From an uncultured Nitrospiraceae bacterium (lineage in GTDB: Bacteria > Nitrospirota > Thermodesulfovibrionia > Thermodesulfovibrionales > Dissulfurispiraceae): a DNA stretch of 64,000 nt. The DNA is taken from assembly GCA_963705105.1 (NCBI GenBank), contig CAVPIW010000009.1, positions 1 through 64,000 on the forward strand. The letters are read 5' to 3'. Positions 1 to 11,008 of the stretch are shown in pieces. Position 1 is the first letter of the stretch. Each line of letters begins with the position of its first letter. Made by a program: the position numbers and the translations under genes. The notes under the pieces are model-generated. The model saw only the letters and a program-made list of their open reading frames with translations, searched no databases and was not told the origin of the DNA.

Positions 1-945
1 GCTCCGCGACCAACTCCGGAGGATCGTGGTGTGGATGGGCTGGGCGATGATGCCGTACGGCGCCAGGAACAGGAACCACCCGACCTGGTAGGCGACCACT
101 CCGCCCTCGACAGCGGCACCCACGATGATCGCTGCGCCGTACAGGAGTGCGGCGAACCCGTGCTGCACTGGCCACCCCGACAATCGCAGCAGCGGCCCGA
201 GCCCCTCGTGGTCGCGGCCAAGCGGGGCACGAGACGGAAGCCCGAGCGCCACACCGCGATCGTCGGCGCAGCCACGAAGGCGACGACACCCAGGGTGCCA
301 TCCGAGCCCAGGAGGACCTTCTCGCTCGTGGTCAGGTCGAGACCCGGTGCCGGTCCGGCGAGCATGCGGAAAGCGATCAGGAATGCCACCATCACCACGG
401 TGTTGCCGATGGGCGCCATGGCGGGCACGACGAAGCTGCGCCGTGCGTGCAGCACCGCGCTCGCGATGGCGCCGAGCCCGTAGAGCACGACCTGCGGGAT
501 GAAGAACCACAACAGGAACGTGGTCAGCTCCTGTTGCTGGCGGGCGATCGTCGGGTCGGCGACCGCGACGGTCAGCAGGTCGGCCAGCCAGGGGCGAGGA
601 GCATGCCGACCAGGCTCACCGCGCCCAGCACCACCACTGCGACGCCGAGCAGCTCTCCTGCCAGGTCTCTGCGCCGGCCTGGTCCCCACGGTCCAGGTGT
701 CCGACGAAGGTCGGCACCAGCACTGCGGACAGCGCCGCCGCCGCCAACAGCTCGAACAACAGGTTCGACACCGTGTTGGAGCTCTGGAACGTGTTGCCGA
801 GATAGGTGGTGCCGAGCACGGCGGCGATGACCAGGACGCGTCCACCACCCACTACACGGGACACGGCCGCCGCAGCGCCCATCCCGGTCGCTGACCGGAC
901 GACGGCGCTCGAGCCCCCGTCCGGTGTGGTCACGGCCCCTGCCAT
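1..945 (-). pseudogene. murJ: MurJ/MviN lipid II flippase, 5' part, frameshifted, runs off the window
   Basis: ORF 616..945 has SRVVGGGRVLVIAAVLGTTYLGNTFQSSNTVSNLLFELL, typical of the MurJ N-terminus; hydrophobic continuation in another frame. Confidence 0.75.
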
Positions 946-1955
946 GCGGGCAGGACGCCGTCGACGTCGGGGCCGTACCCGAAGCGACCGACGGTGCCCT
1001 CGCGGAGTGCGGACAACGCGAGCACCGTGGCCACCCGCCCGGCGATCAGCTCGAGGTCATCGACGGTGGAGAACTGCACCGAGCCCTCCTCCAACGCGCC
1101 GGCCACCAACACCCCCCGCTCGCTCGGCTGGTCGCCCGACGGCGGTGCCGTCACCTCGGCGAGGACCGAGGGCACTCCGGCCTCCGCGGCGGTCCGGACA
1201 GCTCGATCGCTGCGGTGCCGGACGCGCGAGCGCCGACGCCGTCCCGGTCACGCCGACCAGGAGCAGCTCACCGCCGTCGGCGGGCAGCTCGGCATCGATC
1301 GTCTGCAGCCGCACCAGACCGGCGTCGGCCAGCTCCGACAGGAGGGTCCCCTCGAACCGCAGCGTCGAGCCGGGGCGTTCGGTCGTGGTCGTGGACGACG
1401 GCGCCAGCGTGGTCGACCCGTCCGGCCCGACGGTCGTGGGAGCGGCACTCGTGGTCGTGGTGGTGGTGTCCCCGGGGTCGCGGTGTCCAGGAGCTGCTGC
1501 CAGACCGCGGCACGCACCTCGGCCGGCACCTTGCTCCCGGAGCCGACCGAGGTCGCCGCCGTGGTCAGGTCCTCGGGCTCGGCCAGGTCCCAGCGTGGCT
1601 CCAGCCACACGATGCCCTCGACGAGTGAACCCGACTCCCGCAACCGACGCACGAGGTCCTGCACACCGGTGTCGTCGACACCGGACTCGGCCACCACCAG
1701 CGACGACGTGCCCTCGAGCTCACCCTGCACGGCGAACGGGGCGGAGGCCTCGATGTAGCGCTCGAACTCGTCGATCTGCACGTTCTTGGCGTCCATCGCG
1801 GCGACCGTCTCGTCCAACGACGCCTCGACGCCGTCCAGACGGTCCTGCAGCCCGTCGGCGATGCGTCCGTCGAGCACGGACCCGACCAGCACGCCGACCG
1901 CGAGGGCCAGGAAGAACGCCACGGTGGACACGACATAGAAGCGGAAGGTGACCAC
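930..1955 (-). pseudogene. MctB/DUF3186-like copper transporter family protein, frameshifted
   Basis: N-terminus MVTFRFYVVSTVAFFLALAVGVLVGS; C-terminus FSTVDDLE...GRFGYG; pieces in three frames; usual position downstream of steA. Confidence 0.65.
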
Positions 1956-1956
1956 G

Positions 1957-3173
1957 TCAGGAGAACCGGCCTGTCAGTGAGTACCAGAGGTCCCGCAGGT
2001 CCAACCAGACCGTACGGAGCAACAACTGGAGCGAGTCGGACACGATCGCGACCGCCACGATGACCAGCAACGCAGCGGCGATCAGGAACACGATGTCGCG
2101 TCGTCGGACGCGACCCTTGTACAGCTGGCTGACACCCTTCGCGTCGATCAGCATCGGGCCCAGCCGGAGCCGGGTGAGGAACGTCGAGGACATGCCCGGG
2201 CGGCCCTTGTCGAGGAACTCGACCATCGTCGTGTGGGTCCCGACGGCGACGATCAGTTCGGCGCGACATTCGTAGGCCAGCAGCATCGCGGCGCCTCGCT
2301 GGTGCCCTCGACGACGAACTCCAGGTAGGGCAGTCCCTGCTCCTGCAACTCCTCGGGCCCGGCGCGCGCCCGTCGGGGTGCACGTGGTGGACCAGTTCCG
2401 CTCCGCAGTCCCACGCCCGCTGGGACAACGAGTCGAAGTCCCCGATGATCATGTCGGGCACGAGCTTCATGTCGAGCAGTGCATCGGCGCCGCCGTCGAC
2501 GGCAACGAGCACCGGGTGGTACTCGCCGATGTACGGACGCAGGGCCCGGAGGTCCTCCTTGTAGTCGTGACCACGCACGACGACCAGCACGTGACGTCCC
2601 TCGAAGCGCGTGCGCAGTTCGGGGATCTCGAGCGGCTCGAAGACCAGGCGGGCCTCCTTCTCGATGTACTCGAGGGTGTTGACCGCGAATCGCTCCAGCT
2701 CGTCGCCGATGAGTCCCCGCCGCCTCCATGCGGTCCAGGACGTCCTGTTGCCCGATCACCGTGCCCGAGGCGACCTCGCGCCCGTCGACGATCAGCTGAC
2801 CGTCCCGGATGGTGAGCTGGGCGCCGTCGGCGATGACGTCCATCACGTCGGGACCCGCGGCGTCGACCATCACGATCCCGGCGTCGGCCAGACGGACGGG
2901 GCCACCGTTGGGGTAGCGCCCCGAGATGAACGCCGAGGCGTTCACCACCGCGGCCACACCGCTGGCGGCCACCGACTCACCCCGACCCGGTCCAGGTCCA
3001 TGTGGTCGATCACGGCGATCTCCCCCGGCTGGAGCCGCTTGGCCAGGTCCTTCGTACGGCGCCCGACGCGGGCGGTCCCGGTGACCGTCACCGACGGGGC
3101 CTCGCTGAGCAGCTCACGGACGTCCCGGCCGCGTCAGCGGAGGGGTCGGGGGTGCGGGCGGGTGCTGGGACAT
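1957..3173 (-). pseudogene. steA: SteA-like (thiamine pyrophosphokinase-domain) membrane protein, frameshifted; start approximate
   Basis: Motifs ISGRYPNGGP, VVVRGHDYKEDL, VDGGADAL, IIGDFDS, EFLDKGRPGMSSTFLTRL split across ORFs 2253..2972, 1565..2590 and 1957..2286. Confidence 0.75.
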
Positions 3174-3234
3174 GGCGGCGTGGGTGGGCCCGACCGAGCG
3201 GTGGACCGGGGGACGATCGTAGTTCATGGGCCTC

Positions 3235-4083
3235 TCAACCCTCGGTGCGGCGACGCCCAGCCCGGTCGATCACCCGCAGCGGCGGCACTCGCTCGATCAC
3301 GCGGCTGAACGACACCCGTTCGCTGACCAGGTTCAACGCCAGCAGCACCACCAGCACCCAGTTCCGGGTCATCGGCGACACCGCGAGCACCGTGGCCAGC
3401 CCCAGCGTGGCGCCCAACGGGTTCGCCCCGGCGTCGCCGAGCATCATCCGCCGCGCAGGTCCGGCACCACCAGCGCGAGCGCAGCGCCGCACACGACGGC
3501 GAGCCCCAGCAGCTCCGGCGCCGCAGCGGTGGCCACGACGAGCCTGCTGCCGCAGCCAGGGAGACCTTCGCCACCCGGCCGGGTGCCCGGTCGAAGAGGT
3601 TCGCCAGGTTCGCTGCGAGCGCGACGACGGCGCCGTCGAGCAGCAGCCGGACCGCCGAGTCGTCCGCCACCGGTGCGACCACCAGGATCGCGACCGCCGG
3701 ACCGGCGACCATCTTGAGCGACCCGGCCGTCAGCTGACCGCGTACGAGGGCCATGACGTGACCGCGGTAGCCGGATGCCCCCTCGTCGAGCGCCACGTCG
3801 TCGAGCAGCCCCAGCAGCCCGAAGCCGAGCGTGGCGGTCACCGTCAGGGCCAACGCCGCCATCGTGGAGGGTTCCGGTCCCGACCCGAGCGTCGTCGCCA
3901 GCGTCAGCACCGCCGAGGTCGCGACCACGGCGAGCGGGATGACGATCCCCCGGCGGTCGGCAGCGTGACACCCCGGTAGTTCTGACGGGCGAACACCGGT
4001 CGGCCGAACACGGGCCGCAGTCCGGCCCAGATGGCGAGCGCTGCGCCACCTCCCATCACCAGCCCGACCAGCAACGTCATCAC
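3235..4083 (-). pseudogene. MraY/glycosyltransferase family 4-like membrane protein, frameshifted
   Basis: GLLGLLDD, NLANLFDRAPGR and MLGDAGANPLG motifs in different frames. Confidence 0.65.
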
Positions 4084-4804
4084 GACGTCGGACCGCGCCG
4101 GGCTCCGGCGACCGCCCCCAACAGCTCCTCGGCGTGACGCCGCGCCACCTCGCTGTCGGGCGAGCCGGACAACATGCGTGACAGCTCCACCACGCGGTCG
4201 TCGCCGTCGAGCACCCGGGCGGTCGTGACGGCGCCCTCGGCGTCCTGGGACTTGTGCACCCGTATCTGGGTGTCCGTGCAGGCCGCGACCTGGGCGAGGT
4301 GGGTCACCACGATCACCTGACGCCCCTGACCGAGCTCCGCGAGCGCTCGACCCACCGCCACCGCGGCCTCGCCACCGATGCCCGCGTCGACCTCGTCGAA
4401 GACCATCGTGGGTGGTCCCTCGGACAGCACCAGGCGCAGCGCGAGCATCACCCGGGAGAGCTCGCCCCCCGAGGCCACCCTGGAGAGGCTCGCCGGCGCG
4501 ACACCGGTGTTGGCGGCGAGTCGGAACTCGACGGCCTCCCCCGCGCCAGGGTGATCGGCGGAGTCCTGCACATCGACCTCCATGCGCGCGCCGGGCAGGG
4601 CCAACGCACCCAGGTGGGACGCGACCGCTGCGGCCAGCTCGGGGGCAACGGCTCGACGCGCCCGGGCCGAGCTCGGCGGAGGCCGCGGCCAGATCGCCCC
4701 GAGCCCGGCCCAGCTCGGCCAGTCGCCGCTCGTGGACCTCGTCGTGGGCGCCGAGCTCCTCGGCGCGCAGCGCCATCTCGTCACGGTGCGCGAGCACCTC
4801 GGCG
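4080..4804 (-). pseudogene. recN: DNA repair protein RecN, C-terminal fragment cut at the sequence junction
   Basis: ASGGELSRVMLAL, FDEVDAGIGG, VTHLAQVAA, RVVELSRMLSG; one internal frameshift. Confidence 0.9.
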
Positions 4805-4927
4805 TTTCCATGCAACAGATAAGGTTAATGTACATGCAATGACTGAGTTCGATGCCCGCGCGATTGAATCGATGGGTCACTGGAATATTAGACTGCGAAG
4901 GGAATGGCCCGCAGCGTACCGTCTGCC

Positions 4928-5380
4928 CTATTGCTGCGGATTCAGGAGATCTCTCACCTTCTGATTGACGATTTTCCCGTCGGCCAAACCCTTGATCTTC
5001 GGCATAAGGACCTGCATGACGCGACCGAGGTCTCCCGGTCCGGAAGCGCCGGATTCGCGGATGGCCGCAACAATCAACACATCAAGCTCCTCAGGTGAGA
5101 GCTGCCGCGGAAGGTATGTCTGGATGAGTGCAAACTCCTCTTCTTCCTTTGCGGCGAGGTCGGCACGACCGGCATTGCGGAATTGCTCGATCGACTCCCG
5201 TCTTTGCTTCGACAGGGACGAGAGGACGGAGAGCACGTCCTCATTGCTGAGCGTGCTCCCCTTTTCAATCTCTCTGTTCTTGAGCGAGGCCTTCATCATC
5301 CTGATCACCGACGTTCTCAGAGCATCCCGAGCCTTCATGGCCTGCCTGAGATCGTTGTCGATGGTTTCAAGGATGGGCAT
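4928..5380 (-). CDS. GatB/YqeY domain protein
   Basis: AMKARD, KQRRESIEQF...GRADL, YLPRQLS, DLGRVM; follows rpsU. Confidence 0.9.
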   Translation of the reverse strand: MPILETIDNDLRQAMKARDALRTSVIRMMKASLKNREIEKGSTLSNEDVLSVLSSLSKQRRESIEQFRNAGRADLAAKEEEEFALIQTYLPRQLSPEELDVLIVAAIRESGASGPGDLGRVMQVLMPKIKGLADGKIVNQKVRDLLNPQQ

Positions 5381-5382
5381 TC

Positions 5383-5583
5383 TTACCTCGCTGCGCGGAA
5401 CCTCATCCGTTTCACTGCTTTCTTGCGGGCGGCGATGATTTTCTTTTTCTTCTTGACGCTCGGCTTGTCATAGTGTTCACGTTTCTTGACCTCCGAAAGA
5501 ATCCCCTCGCGCTCGCACTTCTTCTTGAACTGTTTCAGGGCACCCTCGAACGATTCCGTATCTCGCACTTTAACTGAGGGCAA
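5383..5583 (-). CDS. rpsU: 30S ribosomal protein S21 (TTG start)
   Basis: [37 protein letters not shown]. Confidence 0.95.
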   Translation of the reverse strand: MPSVKVRDTESFEGALKQFKKKCEREGILSEVKKREHYDKPSVKKKKKIIAARKKAVKRMRFRAAR

Positions 5584-5804
5584 CTGCGGATCACCCCTCT
5601 CTTTATAAAATTTTTCAATATAATATAACAATTTATCGAAAAACCTGTCAAACACGGGGACGCATCCGCCTGCAGTGAGACAGGGAGATTGTGGAAATGA
5701 GGCGTGATGAATCATTATAACAGATCATGCGCTATCCTCGTGCCGGATTATTTTGGACACCGGTGATTCATATTCGGGGAACACAGAATGAGGAGGCAGT
5801 GCGT

Positions 5805-6173
5805 ATGTCCCGGAAAAACAGGAGCCGTTTTCTTTTCATCATCATGATCGCGTTCATGCTTCAGTCCTGTGCCGGCGTCGGCGTCTTCAGCGACGCACAG
5901 TCCGAATTCGACCGCGGCCTTGCCTTCTTCAACAGGGGACAGTATGCCGACGCGGTCCCCCACTTCCAGAAGTCGACGGAATACGATCCCAATTATGCCA
6001 GGGCCTATCTCTACCTCGGACGTTCCTACGTCAATATGAGGAAATGGCGCGAGGCGATCCCGCCGCTCAGAACGGCGTACAGGATCTCCCCCGAGGAGAC
6101 TCAGAAAGAAGTGATCGATATCCTCTTTGACGCCCTGCTCGGCGTCGGCCTGCAGGCCATCCCCGAAAAATGA
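5805..6173 (+). CDS. TPR-repeat lipoprotein
   Basis: Lipobox LQSC; TPR pattern GLAFFNRGQYADAV...DPNYARAYLYLG. Confidence 0.75.
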   Translation: MSRKNRSRFLFIIMIAFMLQSCAGVGVFSDAQSEFDRGLAFFNRGQYADAVPHFQKSTEYDPNYARAYLYLGRSYVNMRKWREAIPPLRTAYRISPEETQKEVIDILFDALLGVGLQAIPEK

Positions 6174-6362
6174 CAGTGTGAGTGTGAGTGACAGGGAGTG
6201 TTCCGCATGAAGTTTCCACGGACAGGGTAACGTTCCGTAGGCGGCGCCTAATCTGACTGAAGTTTTTTCTTTCTTTGCGCTCTTTGCGGCTTTGCGTGAA
6301 ACAAAATTTCGTGTGGTCGTGTCTGTGAAAGGATTTTTCTTTGTATCGGCTGTCTTCCTGAT

Positions 6363-6974
6363 TCACATTGCCTCATAGACCTCGAAAGCCTTCGTCAGGA
6401 ACTCCGTCAGGGCAGTCCCCGAGAGCTGTCCTTCCCGCGCGATCCGCTGCATCTCGATGTTCGTCGAGATGATGGACCGCACCTTCCTGCATACGGCAGG
6501 CTCCTCGCAGCCCTGCCAGGGCATACCGACGCTTCCCCGGAAAGTGATCCGGAAGAAAAGGTGGCTCTGCTTGTTGATCCTGAGATGAGGGGGATTGGCC
6601 CTGAAGCGGCTGTTTCCAAGAATCTCGAAAACGATGTGCGGATCGTTCCGGCTCGTCAGGTAGAGGGAGAACTCGGACTCCATTGTCCACGCCTCGACGG
6701 AACTGCTCAGCTTGCCACGGAAAAAGACCCGTTGCCGGTCCATGAGCCAGAAGGCAAGGAACCTCCTCATGCTCTGACCGTATTCGCCGGCGATTTGCGG
6801 ATTGCCGCCGGGGAAGTAATCGAAGTCGCTCATGACGATGCAGTGACAGATGTCATGCCAGAGCCGGTGCAGGAGGTTGTCGAGGTATCTCCTGACATCG
6901 GGCTTCTCGAGAATGATCAGGTCCCTGTTCCTGTCGGTCTTCGAGAGCTCATTGTCGACCCAGTCTGCTGTCAT
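6363..6974 (-). CDS. Hypothetical protein
   Basis: 203-aa ORF co-directional with suhB; no recognised motif. Confidence 0.6.
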   Translation of the reverse strand: MTADWVDNELSKTDRNRDLIILEKPDVRRYLDNLLHRLWHDICHCIVMSDFDYFPGGNPQIAGEYGQSMRRFLAFWLMDRQRVFFRGKLSSSVEAWTMESEFSLYLTSRNDPHIVFEILGNSRFRANPPHLRINKQSHLFFRITFRGSVGMPWQGCEEPAVCRKVRSIISTNIEMQRIAREGQLSGTALTEFLTKAFEVYEAM

Positions 6975-7030
6975 ACCTTTTCATTCCCCTGACGGACTCA
7001 CATCCCCGGCGCGTTATTTGTCCGAACCCG

Positions 7031-7843
7031 TCAACGGTCGACGGTTCCCCTGAATATCTCCCTGACCTCCCTGAGAATTTCGGCCTGCACCGGGGGAGCG
7101 CCGGCAACGGTGTTACCTGTGAGCAGATACTCCTTTCCACCGCCGAAATCGGAGATGACGCCTCCAGCCTCGGTGATCAGGATGCTGCCGGCGGCGATGT
7201 CCCAGGCGCTCAGGCCCAGTTCGAAAAAACCGTCGCATCGACCGCAGGCGACATAGGCGAGATCGAGGGCCGCCGAGCCGGCCCTCCTGAGATCGCTGAC
7301 ACGGAGAAAAAGCCTCCGGAAGAGCCTCAGGTAGTCATCGATGAATTGCTTCCGCCGGAAGGGAAAACCCGTCGTGACCAGGCTTTTTTCCATCGACGTC
7401 CCCGACGACACACGTATGGGCCTGTCATTCAGGAATGCCCCTCTCCCCTTTTCGGCATGGAAGAGCTCCCCGTTCACGGGGTTGTAAATGACACCTGTCA
7501 CGACTTCGCCACCCTCCTGCAGCGCGATGGACACGGAAAAGACCGGAAAGCCGTGGATGAAATTCGTCGTGCCGTCGAGAGGGTCGATGATCCAGCGGTA
7601 TGCGCCGCCCCTGGTATCACTGTATGACTCCTCGGCAAGGAAGAGATGGTCAGGGTAACGGTTCCGGATGGTCCCGATGATGACATCCTCCGATGCCCTG
7701 TCGACGGTGGTGACGAAGTCCGAGGCCTGCTTCAGATCGATGTCCTGATCGGTCAGCCTGCCGGCATTGGCCATGATGACCTCCCCGGCACGGCGGGCAG
7801 CGTCGATCGCCGTCGCCAGAAACCCGTTTTCATTCACATCCAT
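7031..7843 (-). CDS. suhB: Inositol monophosphatase family protein
   Basis: WIIDPLDGTTNF, RRAGSAALDL, WDIAAG. Confidence 0.9.
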   Translation of the reverse strand: MDVNENGFLATAIDAARRAGEVIMANAGRLTDQDIDLKQASDFVTTVDRASEDVIIGTIRNRYPDHLFLAEESYSDTRGGAYRWIIDPLDGTTNFIHGFPVFSVSIALQEGGEVVTGVIYNPVNGELFHAEKGRGAFLNDRPIRVSSGTSMEKSLVTTGFPFRRKQFIDDYLRLFRRLFLRVSDLRRAGSAALDLAYVACGRCDGFFELGLSAWDIAAGSILITEAGGVISDFGGGKEYLLTGNTVAGAPPVQAEILREVREIFRGTVDR

Positions 7844-7885
7844 CGCCTATGATAGCATGTGCCTGCACGGGTGTCCAAGGACAGC

Positions 7886-8203
7886 CTATGGCCCCCGCCT
7901 CCCCTTGTCAAACTCATCTGCTTGCCAGACCAGCCACTGGCCGATCGACCGGGCCACATCGGGCTGCATCATGAGACCCACGAGGGCCTCCCGTATGAAA
8001 TACGTCGTCTGGGGCTGCCTCGACACCTCCTGGGGCTGGTTGTTCTCGTCGATGCGGAAGACGATGCTCTCGGGGTTTTCCGCCTTTTCCACGAAAAGAT
8101 CGCAGTAGACCATGCCCTGAGGAGAAAGACCTCCCCAGGCGCCGGAAACGGGAATCTCCCTGTAGTCCTGACTCTTCTTGAAAAAAACCGTTATGTCACC
8201 CAT
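7886..8203 (-). CDS. Hypothetical protein (possibly DUF3467-like)
   Basis: 105-aa ORF preceded by an AGGGAGGAG RBS; GAWGGLSPQG. Confidence 0.6.
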   Translation of the reverse strand: MGDITVFFKKSQDYREIPVSGAWGGLSPQGMVYCDLFVEKAENPESIVFRIDENNQPQEVSRQPQTTYFIREALVGLMMQPDVARSIGQWLVWQADEFDKGRRGP

Positions 8204-8312
8204 TTTCTCCTCCCTGAAAAGACGTCAAGCCTTGAATTGTGAATCATGCTTTCCCAAGTTCCGATAGTTTCCTTCCCTCGTTTCGATTCATCGCCTTATG
8301 CGGCTCGGAGTC

Positions 8313-8588
8313 TCAACGATAGACATCATCATGACTGCCGATGTCGAGCAGGTGAACTTCTTTCTCGCTGATCAACACGGTCATGGTAATCCTGTAGTCG
8401 TCGAAAATACTCACGGCTTGTATACCCTTGTATCTTCCCCCGAGCTTGTGATACTCAAGGTGGGGCTGAAAAGGATCTCTTTCAAGATCGCAAAGGATGC
8501 TCGCGACCTTCTTCTTCAACTCGGGATGGCGCTTTGTAAACTTCTTCGCTTCTCGAATGAAATGGGATGTCCAGACGAGGGTATACAT
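8313..8588 (-). CDS. Type II toxin, RelE/YafQ-like mRNA interferase
   Basis: 91 aa; HKLGG, DYRI, LLDIGSHDDVY; directly after the antitoxin. Confidence 0.8.
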   Translation of the reverse strand: MYTLVWTSHFIREAKKFTKRHPELKKKVASILCDLERDPFQPHLEYHKLGGRYKGIQAVSIFDDYRITMTVLISEKEVHLLDIGSHDDVYR

Positions 8589-8590
8589 CC

Positions 8591-8854
8591 TCAGTCTTCC
8601 AGTTCAAGCTCCCGTATCAGTTCTTCCGCAGTCCCGCGTGTCACCCGCCCCGCTTTGACATCCTCAAGAGACTTGCGGACACGAGCGACGCAGGCCTCGT
8701 CCTCTGCCTCGATCAACTCACGATACCGGGCCTCGGTCAGCACCACATAGCGGAGTTGGTTGTTCTTGATTACATGGACCGGACCGGCCTTGAGCGCCTC
8801 ATCGACCGCCGAAATGCCTTTCCTCTTGATTTCGTGTGCTGCAATAGTATTCAT
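8591..8854 (-). CDS. Type II antitoxin, Phd/YefM-like
   Basis: 87 aa; GPVHVIKNNQLRYVVL; 2 bp upstream of the toxin. Confidence 0.75.
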   Translation of the reverse strand: MNTIAAHEIKRKGISAVDEALKAGPVHVIKNNQLRYVVLTEARYRELIEAEDEACVARVRKSLEDVKAGRVTRGTAEELIRELELED

Positions 8855-9034
8855 ATCTGGTACTCCTTAGGGTACTGAATTAGATACCCATATTGTACCA
8901 TACCGGCCGGTTCGCTGCAAAACGATGAAAATTCGAATCTCACCTCCGAATCTTCATATCAGTTCGGCCTGGAGTTCAGGGACAAGAGGAGTGATGGCGA
9001 TCCGTTCAGGACTTCTTTGGAGGTAAAAAAAAAG

Positions 9035-9108
9035 CGCGCCCAGGAGGATTCGAACCCCCGGCCTGCGGATTCGTAGTCCGACGCTCTATCCATCTGAGCT
9101 ATGGGCGC
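9035..9108 (-). tRNA. tRNA-Arg(ACG), CCA not encoded
   Basis: Minus strand reads GCGCCCATAGCTCAGATGGATAGAGCGTCGGACT-ACG-AATCCGCAGGCCGGGGGTTCGAATCCTCCTGGGCGCG, a full cloverleaf. Confidence 0.97.
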
Positions 9109-9216
9109 ACCGTGAATGGATTGTATCAAGGATGGACTCGATGAGTCAATTAAACCTCCATTTTTTTGTGTTGATAAGGTTGACAACGTCCCGGCCTGTC
9201 CTTAATATAGACAGAT

Positions 9217-10269
9217 ATGCGCAAGTTCGATATAACAAGCCTGGTGCGCGGCAACATCCTGGCCCTCCAGGCCTACCAGGCCAAGGACATCCCCTGCCGG
9301 GTGAAGCTCGATGCGAATGAGAGCCCCTATGGTCTTTCCCTGCAGGAGATCCTCGGACAAGAGGGGGCGACGGTCGACCTGAACCGCTACCCTGACCCGG
9401 AGGCGCGGAGACTGAGGGCCATCGTGGCCGATCATTTCGGTGTGGGCGGCGGCAACATCCTCTTCGGCAACGGCTCCGACGAGCTGATCACCTATCTCGT
9501 TCTCACCTTCGGCGGACCCGTGCTCTATCCCGTGCCGACCTTCTCGATGTACGGCATCATTTCAAAGGCCGTCGGCGAGCGGCCCATCGAGGTGCCCCTC
9601 GACGGCTCCTTCGACATCGATACGAAAAAGATGCTCGCCGCCGTCAGGGACGAGAACCCGAAGATCGTCTTCCTCAGTTCTCCGAACAACCCGACGGGCA
9701 ATGCTTTTTCCCGTGACAGGATGATGCAGATCGTCCGGGCCTGCCAAGGGATCGTCGTTATCGATGAGGCCTACCAGCCCTTCTCGCGGAAGAAAAGCCT
9801 CCTGCCCGTCATCAAGGAGCACCGGAACGCGGTGATCATGAAGACGGTGAGCAAGATCGGTTTCGCGGCCCTGCGCCTCGGGTTCCTCATCGCCGGCGAA
9901 GAGATCGTCAACGAGGTGAACAAGGTGCGGCTGCCCTACAACGTCAACTCCCTCTCCCAGCTCCTGGCGGCGGAGGCGTTCAACAGGGCGCCGCTGATCC
10001 AAAAGAGCGCCGGCAGCATCATGAAAGAACGGGAGCGCCTGTTCGCAGCATTAAGAAAAATGAGGGGCATTACGCCCTACCCCTCGGACGCCAATTTCAT
10101 CCTCTTTAAGGTGAGCAACGCCGGTGACTTTTATGCGAAACTCCTGGAATCGGGCATCCTGGTGCGAAACATGAGCGGCGTCATCAAAGATACGCTCAGG
10201 GTCACCGTCGGCACGCCCGCTGAAAACACCGCTTTTCTTGACGCAGCCCGGGACGCGCTGCGGCGTTAA
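9217..10269 (+). CDS. hisC: Histidinol-phosphate aminotransferase
   Basis: KLDANESPY, NRYPD, GNGSDELI, SPNNPTG, DEAY, KTVSK; upstream of hisB. Confidence 0.93.
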   Translation: MRKFDITSLVRGNILALQAYQAKDIPCRVKLDANESPYGLSLQEILGQEGATVDLNRYPDPEARRLRAIVADHFGVGGGNILFGNGSDELITYLVLTFGGPVLYPVPTFSMYGIISKAVGERPIEVPLDGSFDIDTKKMLAAVRDENPKIVFLSSPNNPTGNAFSRDRMMQIVRACQGIVVIDEAYQPFSRKKSLLPVIKEHRNAVIMKTVSKIGFAALRLGFLIAGEEIVNEVNKVRLPYNVNSLSQLLAAEAFNRAPLIQKSAGSIMKERERLFAALRKMRGITPYPSDANFILFKVSNAGDFYAKLLESGILVRNMSGVIKDTLRVTVGTPAENTAFLDAARDALRR

Positions 10270-10325
10270 GTCCCTGTCCGGCCACGGTCCTGCGGGGTCC
10301 CAATCACGTGAACAAGAAGGAGAAT

Positions 10326-10913
10326 ATGATGAGGAGAGTGAACATACAGCGGAAGACGAAGGAGACCGAGGTGTCCGTCGAGCTGAACCTGGACGGCAGC
10401 GGGAAGAACGACATCCAGACATCCATCCCCTTCCTCGACCACATGCTCGACCTCTTCAGCTTCCACGGCGGTTTCGACCTGAAGATCCAGGCGACGGGGG
10501 ACATTCAAATAGACTACCACCATCTCATGGAAGACCTCGGCATCACCATCGGCCAGGCATTGAAGCAGGCCCTCGGCGACAAGAAGGGGATCGAGCGGTA
10601 TGGGATTGCGACGGTACCCATGGACGAGAGCCTTGCCCGGGTCGTCATCGATCTGAGCGGCAGGCCGTACCTCGTCTACAATTTCGAACCTCCCAGGGGC
10701 GCGCTCCGGGATCTCGAGGTGTCCCTCTTCGAGGAATTCTTCCGGGCCCTGAGCAACCATGCCATGATGAACCTGCACATGACCGTCGAATACGGCAAGG
10801 ACCTTCACCACATGGTGGAGGCTCTCTTCAAAGCCTGCGGCAGGGCGCTGCGCCAGGCCGTCTCGCTCAACCCCGGCAGAAAGGGCGTCCCTACAACGAA
10901 GGGCAAGCTCTGA
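10326..10913 (+). CDS. hisB: Imidazoleglycerol-phosphate dehydratase
   Basis: RKTKET, FLDHML, DYHHLMED, PMDESL, HHMVEALFKA, PTTKG. Confidence 0.95.
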   Translation: MMRRVNIQRKTKETEVSVELNLDGSGKNDIQTSIPFLDHMLDLFSFHGGFDLKIQATGDIQIDYHHLMEDLGITIGQALKQALGDKKGIERYGIATVPMDESLARVVIDLSGRPYLVYNFEPPRGALRDLEVSLFEEFFRALSNHAMMNLHMTVEYGKDLHHMVEALFKACGRALRQAVSLNPGRKGVPTTKGKL

Positions 10914-10950
10914 AGTACTTTAACGGCGGGGCGAAGCCCACGCCACCGTA

Positions 10951-10995
10951 AAGTCATTAAGTCATTGAGTCATTAAGTCATTGTCAGTAGTCTGT
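10951..10995. repeat. Short tandem repeat (AAGTCATT)n
   Basis: aagtcatt aagtcatt gagtcatt aagtcatt gtcagt; related array at 58808-58851. Confidence 0.75.
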
Positions 10996-11008
10996 TGTCT
11001 ACATTATC

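Noticed and set aside
1..4804. Mass pseudogenisation or programmed frameshifting in the GC-rich segment
   Set aside because: Single-base indels hit every gene, including murJ and recN; sequencing or assembly error is the simpler explanation.
8959..9186. 75-aa ORF overlapping the tRNA
   Set aside because: Spurious translation through tRNA-Arg.
10923..10950. Additional full copy of the palindromic element after hisB
   Set aside because: Only a 13-bp arm-like match (GGCGGGGCGAAGC) in a short hairpin; it could be a terminator or a remnant.
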